Source: a virus
Reading direction: 5' to 3' (one strand)
Length of the DNA stretch: 37,322 nucleotides
Virus record (IMG/VR): IMGVR_UViG_3300045136_000429
The first letter of the stretch is position 1, and each line of letters starts with the position of its first letter. The translations under genes were made by a program, and so were the position numbers. Below the pieces are notes generated by a model. It did no database searches. It was not told the origin of the DNA and worked only from the letters and a program-made list of their open reading frames with translations. Positions 25,404 to 31,420 of the stretch are shown here, piece by piece.

Positions 25404-25450
25404 GTCACCGCCCGAGCGGTTCGGTGACGGAGGGCGGTGTCACCGGTGAC
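25404..25450. terminator. Cluster of GTCACC/GGTGAC inverted repeats between convergent genes (possible bidirectional terminator or protein-binding site)
   Basis: CACCGCCC (25406-25413) pairs with GGGCGGTG (25432-25439). A perfect 12-bp palindrome GTCACCGGTGAC lies at 25439-25450. Confidence 0.3.
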
Positions 25451-25543
25451 AGTTCGGGACCGCGCGCACAAAAAGTCGAGGCTCCCCGCCATCCGGCCCA
25501 CCCCGGCCGGCACTGTTCAGGGGCGGGGGCCAACCGGGCCGAG

Positions 25544-25702
25544 TCAGTTCAGGCGGACGTCCGGCACCCACCGCTCGACGACGGCGAGCGTGCGGCCCTG
25601 CTCGTCGCGGAGCAGCGGCCGCTCGTCGGCGTGCGGGTCGCGCGTCTCGCGAGCGCGGAGCGTGTAGCCGTCGGGGATCTTCGTCTCGGTCTGCGGCGAC
25701 AT
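25544..25702 (-). CDS. Small hypothetical protein (52 aa)
   Basis: ATG preceded by GAGAGGAG. High GC3. Lies downstream of a sigma-70-like promoter candidate. Confidence 0.5.
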   Translation of the reverse strand: MSPQTETKIPDGYTLRARETRDPHADERPLLRDEQGRTLAVVERWVPDVRLN

Positions 25703-25760
25703 GAGGGCCACTCCTCTCGGCGTCCCGCGCATGTGTCGTAGCAATGTAGACGACGCTGTT

Positions 25761-25789
25761 TTTATGCGATTCTGCGCGCGTTTGGTCAA
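25761..25789 (-). promoter_or_regulatory. Sigma-70-like promoter candidate: TTGACC - 17 nt - CATAAA
   Basis: Minus strand reads TTGACC (25789-25784), a 17-nt spacer, then CATAAA (25766-25761), within a locally AT-rich patch. The -35 element overlaps the rusA stop. Confidence 0.4.
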
Positions 25790-26253
25790 GCTGTCACCCT
25801 CCTCGCGATCCGGATCTCCACCGCCCACGAGCCGCGCTTGCTGCGCCGCTGCTCGTAGCTCCACGTCACCCGGTCGTCGGCGTCGTCGACGCCGAGCGCG
25901 TCGGCCACCCCGTCCCGGACCGCCTTCAGGCTGGAGACGAGGTTGTCCCCGTCCAGCCCCGAGGATGGCGCCAGACGGGCGATCGTGACCTGGACGGCCC
26001 GAGGTACCATCCGGACCCCGAAACGCGTTCCTGGGGCATCCTCGCGCGAGCACGGGGCCGTCATGCCCTCGGCCGCCAGTGCTCCGGCGAGGACGAGCGC
26101 CACGGTCTGTCGCTGCTCGCGGCGCCGCCGGTGACGTCGCGCCCAGTGCTCGCGCTGGTTCGTTTCGCTCACGGTCCGGATCGGGAGCGTGACCACGACG
26201 TCGCGGTGTTCGCGCTCGCCGAGGTGCCACCGGGACTGGACGGCGACGGTCAC
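25786..26253 (-). CDS. rusA: RusA-like Holliday junction resolvase
   Basis: LDGDNLVSSLKAVRDGVADALGVDDADDRV matches the RusA D-x-D-N ... K ... D ... DD pattern. GTG start with a GTGA overlap. Confidence 0.65.
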   Translation of the reverse strand: MTVAVQSRWHLGEREHRDVVVTLPIRTVSETNQREHWARRHRRRREQRQTVALVLAGALAAEGMTAPCSREDAPGTRFGVRMVPRAVQVTIARLAPSSGLDGDNLVSSLKAVRDGVADALGVDDADDRVTWSYEQRRSKRGSWAVEIRIARRVTA

Positions 26254-27026
26254 GACTTGCCCCCGAGCGCCACGCGCTTGCTGGTCTCGATGATGCGCCG
26301 CGCGAAGCCGCCGTCGTACCGCCTCGCGATCGCCGCCGCGAACGCCTCGAGCGTCTGCTCCTCGGACGCGAGCCCGCTCGTGACCCACAGCGGCAGGTCG
26401 TTGTTTGTTCGCGTCCATACGACGTCGGTGATGCACCCGTCCCGGTCCTCGCGCTCGCTCCCGAGGTCGTCGAGCACGAGCAGCGGGCAGGTCATGGCCG
26501 CCCGGACCAGCGGCGCCTCGTCGGCCCCGAGCCGGTGCCGTGCCCGAGCCCGAGAGAGCCAAGTAGCCTCGACGAACAGCGCCCCGGTCCGCTCGCCCGG
26601 CGCTGCGCGCACCCACGCGTCGAGCATCGCGACCGCGAGCGACGTCTTGCCGGACCCGGTCGGGCCGAGGAACAGCAGCCCCGAGCTCGGCGGGTTCTCG
26701 AGCCCGCGGCGTACGAGCTCGGGCGCCGCCTGCACACGCGCCTGGAGCTGCGCGAGCGGCACCTGGTAGGCCCACCGGAAGTGCGGCGGGATGCTCGTCC
26801 GTGTCGGCTCGAGCAGCGCCTCGTGGTGCGCGGCGAGGTCGCACGCGTCGCAGGACTTGCGGCCGTCCACGGCCGCGCCGCAACGCCGACAGAGGTACCG
26901 GCCGCAGCGCTCGCATGGCCGGTCCGTGCAGGTCCGCGCGTGCTCCTCGGCCGCCGCCTGCTCGCGCTGCACGCGCTCGAGGACCGCGCCGAGCGTCTCG
27001 CGGATCCAGTTCCCGTCCGTGGTCAT
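26250..27026 (-). CDS. DnaC/IstB-like AAA+ helicase loader with an N-terminal Cys-rich (zinc-finger-like) region
   Basis: Walker A LFLGPTGSGKTS and Walker B LLVLDDLG. N-terminal CERCGRYLCRRCG ... CDACD. Confidence 0.75.
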   Translation of the reverse strand: MTTDGNWIRETLGAVLERVQREQAAAEEHARTCTDRPCERCGRYLCRRCGAAVDGRKSCDACDLAAHHEALLEPTRTSIPPHFRWAYQVPLAQLQARVQAAPELVRRGLENPPSSGLLFLGPTGSGKTSLAVAMLDAWVRAAPGERTGALFVEATWLSRARARHRLGADEAPLVRAAMTCPLLVLDDLGSEREDRDGCITDVVWTRTNNDLPLWVTSGLASEEQTLEAFAAAIARRYDGGFARRIIETSKRVALGGKS

Positions 27027-27802
27027 AGGTCGTTCTCCGTGCCGGTCTTGAGCCAGTGGTTTGTGTTCCCGAGGGGCTGACGGTCACCCTTCGGTCCGCC
27101 GGAGCTCCGTGCGGCGGCGGCCCTAGCGCGCTCGCTACGGACGACGTCGCAGAGCCAACCCACGGCGTCCTCGTGGTTCTGCGCCCATCCCTTCCGGGCC
27201 CGGCTGGCGCGGTACGACGCCCAGCGCGCCGGCAGGTCCCCGACCTCGCCGCCCACGGCCATTGCCGCGGAGCCAGCCGCCTCGACGAACCACTCCGGGG
27301 GGGTAGGCGACCTGTCAGGTGGATCTGATCTGCCTACAACGAGATCAGATCCAGAGATAGAGATAGAGCTAGAGCTAGAGATAGGAACATCAGGGGATGT
27401 TCTCGGAACCTCACCACCGAGTTCGGGTGGTGTTCTCTGTTTGTTCGCGCGAACAGCCTGCATGCGTTCACGCGCCCGCCTCCTCGCGGCGGCGATGTCG
27501 GCGGGCGTGTCGTTGTGCTCGTCGTACTTGGTGATGACGAGGCGATCCTCTCGGCGCTCGATCAGACCGACGGCCACGAGGGCCTCGATCTGCTTGGCCC
27601 TGTACCGCTCTCCCCCGCCCCACGACGCGAGCGCGACCACCTCGGCGACGTCGCCCGCCGTCTCCTCGCCTCGAGCGTCGAGGAGCAGGAACAGGTACAT
27701 GCCCATCGCGCCGGGACACGCCCGCTCAGCCCGCAGAGCTCGCTCATGCGTCCGGAGCTGGACCGCGACGCGCGCGTAGATCTCCCGCTTCTTCGTCGCC
27801 AT
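27023..27802 (-). CDS. Replication initiator / replisome organiser (winged-helix N-terminal domain, lambda O / DnaD-like role)
   Basis: Winged-helix-like segment EALVAVGLIERREDRLVITKY. Immediately upstream of the DnaC-like gene with an ATGA overlap. Contains the ori-like repeat cluster in its linker. Confidence 0.6.
   Translation of the reverse strand: MATKKREIYARVAVQLRTHERALRAERACPGAMGMYLFLLLDARGEETAGDVAEVVALASWGGGERYRAKQIEALVAVGLIERREDRLVITKYDEHNDTPADIAAARRRARERMQAVRANKQRTPPELGGEVPRTSPDVPISSSSSISISGSDLVVGRSDPPDRSPTPPEWFVEAAGSAAMAVGGEVGDLPARWASYRASRARKGWAQNHEDAVGWLCDVVRSERARAAAARSSGGPKGDRQPLGNTNHWLKTGTENDL
27321..27382. repeat. Ori-like cluster inside the initiator gene: perfect 11-bp inverted repeat plus five tandem hexamers
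   Basis: GGATCTGATCT (27321-27331) and AGATCAGATCC (27342-27352) form the inverted repeat. AGAGAT AGAGAT AGAGCT AGAGCT AGAGAT follows at 27353-27382. Locally AT-rich. Confidence 0.5.
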
Positions 27803-27859
27803 CAGTCACCCCCGGAGGTGACGACGGGAAGCCAAGGTCCTACGATGCGGTTGCGCCCC

Positions 27860-27889
27860 GATGCTGTGTCGGGGTACACCGGAGGCACA
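27860..27889 (+). repeat. 30-bp direct repeat, left copy (candidate integrase arm-type site)
   Basis: GATGCTGTGTCGGGGTACACCGGAGGCACA matches 28067-28096 at 29 of 30 positions. Confidence 0.75.
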
Positions 27890-27945
27890 ATCGAGGATCG
27901 AAGGCGGCTACCTGGTACGAGTTTTTCCAGCAGCCACGCAAGTTT

Positions 27946-27988
27946 GGGCCGATAGCTCAGTTGGTAGAGCAGCGGACTTTTAATCCTC
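27946..27988 (+). other. Truncated tRNA-Lys(UUU) 5' half (acceptor 5' strand, D-arm, anticodon stem-loop); probable attP core
   Basis: GGGCCGATAGCTCAGTTGGTAGAGCAGCGGACTTTTAATCC is canonical tRNA-Lys sequence up to the anticodon loop. No T-arm or 3' acceptor strand follows. Confidence 0.7.
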
Positions 27989-28066
27989 GTTACCAGCCTA
28001 CGAAGCGTCGCGTACATCGATATTCACCGTGTTTTGGGGGTCCGCATGGGCCGCATTGTCCGGTTG

Positions 28067-28096
28067 GGATGCTGTGTCGGGGTACACCGGGGGCAC
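28067..28096 (+). repeat. 30-bp direct repeat, right copy (candidate integrase arm-type site)
   Basis: GATGCTGTGTCGGGGTACACCGGGGGCACA. Confidence 0.75.
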
Positions 28097-28129
28097 AGTC
28101 CGGCGGATGTGATCGGGAACGGCGAGCCA

Positions 28130-28156
28130 GGCCCGGTCTGGCATCGGGTGACCGGG
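28130..28156 (-). terminator. Hairpin just downstream of int (7-bp stem GCCCGGT/ACCGGGC, 13-nt loop)
   Basis: Read directly from the sequence. No U-tract follows, so its function is uncertain. Confidence 0.25.
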
Positions 28157-28172
28157 CGAGGTTGGCCGTGGC

Positions 28173-29162
28173 TCACGACAGCCTCTCATCGATGAGCCGC
28201 CCCGCGTCCGGGGGCGGGAGCTGTCCGTAGACCTTCTGGAGCATGAGCGTGGAGCCGTGCCCCAAGAACTTCGCGGCGACCTCGTACGGCACGCCCGCGC
28301 GCACCATCCACGTCGCCGCCGACCGGCGGAGCGTCCGCGCGGTGAACTCCGGCACGCCCGCGCGGCGGCACGCCCGGCGGATGTCCCGCCCCATCTTGCC
28401 CCAGGGGCGGAAGAGGTACTTGGCCGGCTCGGGCTCCGCGTACGCCAGCGCGTGACGAAGGAACGGCTCCATCACCCTGATGCGCGGGACCTCGCGTGTG
28501 CGCGTCGACGTCTTCGACCCGCGGACGAGGATGGTCTTCTCCCGCACGTCGCCTCGCTGGGCGGTGAAGATCGACGAGAAGTCGGACGCCGTCGCGATGC
28601 ACCAGGCGACGGCGGCGCCGCGGTGGTTTGGCAGGTGCGCGATCGCGGCCCAGATAGTCTCTGGCGTGACCCAGTCCTTCAGCGGCTCGTACCCGGCGCG
28701 GTAGCGCGGGAGCACCATCTTCGGATCGCGGCCAAACTCACGTGCCCGCTGCGCGCTCTTGAGTGTGAGCCGCAGCGCCGTCAGCTCGCGGTGGATCGAG
28801 TGCGAGTGCGCGCCCTCGGCCTCGCGCTTCTCGACGTACGCCAGCACCTTGTCATGCGTGAGCTTCGCGAGCTTCACGCCGCCGAGCACGCGCACGACGT
28901 GGCCGATCTTCGTCCGGTAGAAGCGCACGGTCTCGGGGTTCATCGCGACGGTGATCTCCCTCAGCCATCGTTCCGCGGCGGACTCGACCGTGGCTTTGTG
29001 CGCACGATAGGTCTCGGGATCAGAGAGCTCGCGCTCCCATCGCGCGGCGATGAGCTGCGCCTTGCGCTTGTTCGTCTCGCGCGTCGACCGCCGGAACTTG
29101 ACGCCGTGCTCAGATCCTCGGGCCCACCAGACACGTCCGCGGAGGTAGAGATGGAGGCGCAT
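28173..29162 (-). CDS. int: Tyrosine-type site-specific integrase
   Basis: N-terminal MRLHLYLRGRVWWARG...RRSTRETNKRKA, a core-binding region, then C-terminal ARTLRRSAATWMV and LGH...KVY catalytic-type motifs. Adjacent to the tRNA fragment. Confidence 0.85.
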   Translation of the reverse strand: MRLHLYLRGRVWWARGSEHGVKFRRSTRETNKRKAQLIAARWERELSDPETYRAHKATVESAAERWLREITVAMNPETVRFYRTKIGHVVRVLGGVKLAKLTHDKVLAYVEKREAEGAHSHSIHRELTALRLTLKSAQRAREFGRDPKMVLPRYRAGYEPLKDWVTPETIWAAIAHLPNHRGAAVAWCIATASDFSSIFTAQRGDVREKTILVRGSKTSTRTREVPRIRVMEPFLRHALAYAEPEPAKYLFRPWGKMGRDIRRACRRAGVPEFTARTLRRSAATWMVRAGVPYEVAAKFLGHGSTLMLQKVYGQLPPPDAGRLIDERLS

Positions 29163-29350
29163 GCTTCGGTCTGCTCTCTCAGGTAGGCATCGAGCGCGCT
29201 CCTGCGGACGCGCACGCATTTCGTCGCGAGCCGGACCATCCCGACGCGCGCCATGATCTCGTAGGCGAACGAGCGCGAGACCCCGAGCAGGTCCATCACG
29301 TCGTGGACCGACAGGGCAGGGTCGTCCGGGCCCAAGTAGCGCTCGGTCAC
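28961..29350 (-). CDS. Excisionase-like (MerR/Xis-type HTH) protein; its reading frame runs about 200 nt into int
   Basis: LSVHDVMDLLGVSRSFAYEIMARVGMVRL..VRVRRSALDAYL is an Xis-type HTH. GTG start at 29350 with a GTGA overlap. The first in-frame stop is at 28961. Confidence 0.55.
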   Translation of the reverse strand: MTERYLGPDDPALSVHDVMDLLGVSRSFAYEIMARVGMVRLATKCVRVRRSALDAYLREQTEACASISTSADVSGGPEDLSTASSSGGRRARRTSARRSSSPRDGSASSLIPRPIVRTKPRSSPPRNDG

Positions 29351-29457
29351 GGCGAGCACCCCCACGCGGTGAGCGCGCCGAGGACGGCGCCGGCGGTCAC
29401 GCACGCGAGCGCGAGCAGCACGAGCGCGGCGCGCGGGAGGAGAATCAGCGCGCCCAC
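29347..29457 (-). CDS. Possible 36-aa hydrophobic peptide
   Basis: (V)GALILLPRAALVLLALACVTAGAVLGALTAWGCSP. High GC3. Its stop is coupled by a GTGA overlap to the xis-like start. Confidence 0.35.
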   Translation of the reverse strand: MGALILLPRAALVLLALACVTAGAVLGALTAWGCSP

Positions 29458-29672
29458 TGGTAGACCCCGACGAAGCCGTTGTACGGGTCGTGCGCCGCCC
29501 GCAGCACGCGCAGCGGGTCCGCGCCCGCGAGCATCACCGGCACCGGCGCGCGCTCGCGCTCCGCGGCGGTCGGCTCGATGCGCACCGGTACCGGGTCCGG
29601 CGGCGCCGCGATGCCGCCGCTCATCAGCGCCCACTCGCGGCGCGTGCGCTCGGGATCGTTCTTCACGGGCAT
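29445..29672 (-). CDS. Hypothetical protein (75 aa)
   Basis: ATG preceded by GAGGAG at 7-nt spacing. High GC3. Confidence 0.55.
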   Translation of the reverse strand: MPVKNDPERTRREWALMSGGIAAPPDPVPVRIEPTAAERERAPVPVMLAGADPLRVLRAAHDPYNGFVGVYQWAR

Positions 29673-29775
29673 GTTCAGGCTCCTCTTCGTTCAGGTGCGA
29701 GCGAAATTCGTGGATCTCGTCTCGCGGGTTTCTTGGGCGATCGGGCCCGTGTTCAGTGATCGGCTCGTCGAGCCA

Positions 29776-29859
29776 TCAGACCTGTGCCACCTGTGCCGTG
29801 CAGTACTGATCCAGCACTGCACGCGCGGCGACCTCGCGCGCCGCGCGCTCGCGCTTCAT
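29776..29859 (-). CDS. Possible 27-aa ORF coupled to the cro-like gene
   Basis: MKRERAAREVAARAVLDQYCTAQVAQV. ATGA overlap with the cro-like stop. Too short to judge otherwise. Confidence 0.25.
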   Translation of the reverse strand: MKRERAAREVAARAVLDQYCTAQVAQV

Positions 29860-30125
29860 CCTGCTTGGCGATGCAGCGACGTGTCCTCGAGGTGGTTGGT
29901 GCTCGACGTTGGCGCCCTCGCCGGCAGGTTCGCTGGCACATCACCCCTCGACCAGCGTTGGATTTTTTGGCGTAGGGCTTCGCGGGGTCGCGCCCCGCGG
30001 CAGTAGTAGCTCACCTGTGACGGCGACACGCGGATGCGCGCGCGCCGCATCGCGAGATGCGCGTCACTCTGCGAGAGCCCGAGCTTGCGGAGGTAGGCCG
30101 TGAAGGCTTCTGACCAGGTCGCCAT
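29856..30125 (-). CDS. Cro-like HTH regulator, first gene of the leftward early operon
   Basis: FTAYLRKLGLSQSDAHLAMRRARIRVSPSQVSYYCRG is HTH-like. Divergent from the CI-like gene. Its ATG lies 6 nt after the -10 element of the PL-like promoter. Confidence 0.6.
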   Translation of the reverse strand: MATWSEAFTAYLRKLGLSQSDAHLAMRRARIRVSPSQVSYYCRGARPREALRQKIQRWSRGDVPANLPARAPTSSTNHLEDTSLHRQAG

Positions 30126-30131
30126 GCCGGA

Positions 30132-30160
30132 ACAGTATGCTGATTCTGATTCCGACGCAA
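30132..30160 (-). promoter_or_regulatory. PL-like early promoter with embedded operator: TTGCGT - 17 nt - TACTGT
   Basis: Minus strand reads TTGCGT cGGAATCAGAATCAGCA TACTGT tccggc ATG. Shares a 23-nt identical core (30131-30153) with the PR-like module. Confidence 0.6.
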
Positions 30161-30207
30161 GGCCCGCGGTGCGGGAGCAATTCAGAATTGTATCCCAGGA
30201 CTGCGCT

Positions 30208-30813
30208 ATGGTTCAGGAAATGGCGACCTCGGCAGCAGCGAAAGAGCCCGAGCCGGTCTCGGAATTCATCCGGATGCTGATAGAGCGCTGGGTGTCCGAG
30301 GGCCGGCGACTGAAAGACCTGGCGGCGGCGGCGGGACTGGCGAAGTCGATGCCTTCGCAGATCAAGGCGCGCACGAGCGACGCGACGCTCTACAGCGCGC
30401 GAAAGCTCGCCAAGCCGCTCGGTTACGCGGACCTTCCTGATCTCGTGAACGCGGCGTGGACATGGTGGCACTCGCGGGACCGGAGCGTGGTGCCGAGCTC
30501 GGCGGCGGAGGCGCCCCAGGCGGTCGCGCTGCGCATCGCGGAACAGTACGGCGTGACAGAGGACCAGATCGAGCGCGTGATGCAGCGGTACCCGCTCGAG
30601 GAGTACTGGCAGATGGACGCGCTCTGGTGGTTGGCGAAGTTCCACGAGGCGCGGACCGAGGACGCCGAGCTCGCGGCGGCGCAGCGGGCGATCGAGAGCG
30701 CGGAGGCCGCCGCCGCGCGGGTCCGGACGCGACGTCAGTCGGAGATCCGACGTGCCGTAAAGGAGCGCGCGTCGGTACAGCATCGTTCGGCCCCCAAGCG
30801 CCACGCTAGCTAG
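30208..30813 (+). CDS. CI-like repressor (N-terminal XRE-type HTH)
   Basis: LKDLAAAAGLAKSMPSQIKARTSDATLYSARKLAKPLGY is HTH-like. Located between the two inverted promoter-operator modules. The start is at 30208 or 30220; no Shine-Dalgarno sequence is visible. Confidence 0.6.
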   Translation: MVQEMATSAAAKEPEPVSEFIRMLIERWVSEGRRLKDLAAAAGLAKSMPSQIKARTSDATLYSARKLAKPLGYADLPDLVNAAWTWWHSRDRSVVPSSAAEAPQAVALRIAEQYGVTEDQIERVMQRYPLEEYWQMDALWWLAKFHEARTEDAELAAAQRAIESAEAAAARVRTRRQSEIRRAVKERASVQHRSAPKRHAS

Positions 30814-31295
30814 CGGCGCACCCCGACTGCGCGCGACGTGAATGTGCAGCCCTTCGGGGCTGTCTTGGCGGGGGGCAGAGCGCCGGAGTTGAGGCCCTCA
30901 AACCCGGTGGCGCTGAAGGTCCACGAGAACTGAAGCGTGCCCGTTGCGTTGTTCGGATCGAGCGCGTCGGTCACGTTCAGGTCGCACTTTGTTTGCACCG
31001 TGCAAGCATCGACGATGTCGCCCGCGCATGCGCCGGAGGCGCCTTGGATCTCGATGGCGAAGTCCGGACCGCGGAGGCCGGGTGGCTTCGCCGTGATCGT
31101 CACGACCTGCTGGGCACCGGCGTTCGGGTTCGTTGCGGGGTCGAAGAGGTCTTCGCAGCCCGCGCTCTGCGTCTCCAGCGTCGCCTCAAGCGTGTAGGTC
31201 CCCTCGATCTTGCATCCCCCACCCGCGCCGGACGCCCCCGGCTCCGATGCGCACGCGCTCGCGAAGAGCAGCGCCACCCCCATCGCCATCCGCAT
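30810..31295 (-). CDS. Lipoprotein in the immunity region (superinfection-exclusion candidate)
   Basis: Signal peptide with lipobox MRMAMGVALLFASAC. The mature part is rich in paired cysteines. Convergent with the CI-like gene. Confidence 0.65.
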   Translation of the reverse strand: MRMAMGVALLFASACASEPGASGAGGGCKIEGTYTLEATLETQSAGCEDLFDPATNPNAGAQQVVTITAKPPGLRGPDFAIEIQGASGACAGDIVDACTVQTKCDLNVTDALDPNNATGTLQFSWTFSATGFEGLNSGALPPAKTAPKGCTFTSRAVGVRR

Positions 31296-31358
31296 GGTCG
31301 TTAGACTCGCACAAAACGCGGAAGTCGCACGCGAATTCAGAATGCTGATTCAGACGCC

Positions 31359-31387
31359 TTGACTAGGAATCAGAATCAGCATACTGT
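31359..31387 (+). promoter_or_regulatory. PR-like early promoter with embedded operator: TTGACT - 17 nt - TACTGT
   Basis: TTGACT (31359-31364), spacer aGGAATCAGAATCAGCA, TACTGT (31382-31387). The 23-nt core at 31366-31388 is the reverse complement of 30131-30153. Confidence 0.6.
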
Positions 31388-31420
31388 TGGGGCTGTGACG
31401 CGCACCGCATCGGCGTTGGT

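Noticed and set aside
27912-27941. Promoter for the replication module (minus strand TTGCGT-N18-TACCAG).
   Set aside because: The -10 element is poor (it lacks the conserved final T) and the spacer is 18 nt. It is kept only as a remark in the finding on attP position and is not listed as a feature.
27946-28020. A complete tRNA-Lys gene.
   Set aside because: Only the 5' half up to the anticodon loop is present. The sequence after TAATCC has no T-arm (no GTTCRANYC) and no strand complementary to GGGCCGA.
29797-29821. Imperfect 25-bp palindrome GTGCAGTACTGATCCAGCACTGCAC as an operator or terminator.
   Set aside because: Only the outer 7 bp pair perfectly, it lies inside a possible micro-ORF, and it has no second copy. 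The evidence is insufficient.
31305-31320. Sixth, degenerate copy of the late motif (plus strand ACAAAACGCGGAAG upstream of the lipoprotein gene). A related partial match, GGAAGAAGGCGGC, occurs at 34465-34477.
   Set aside because: Only 6-9 scattered positions match the 17-mer. One of the two is on the opposite strand relative to the late copies and the other lies inside a coding region. This is not distinguishable from chance.
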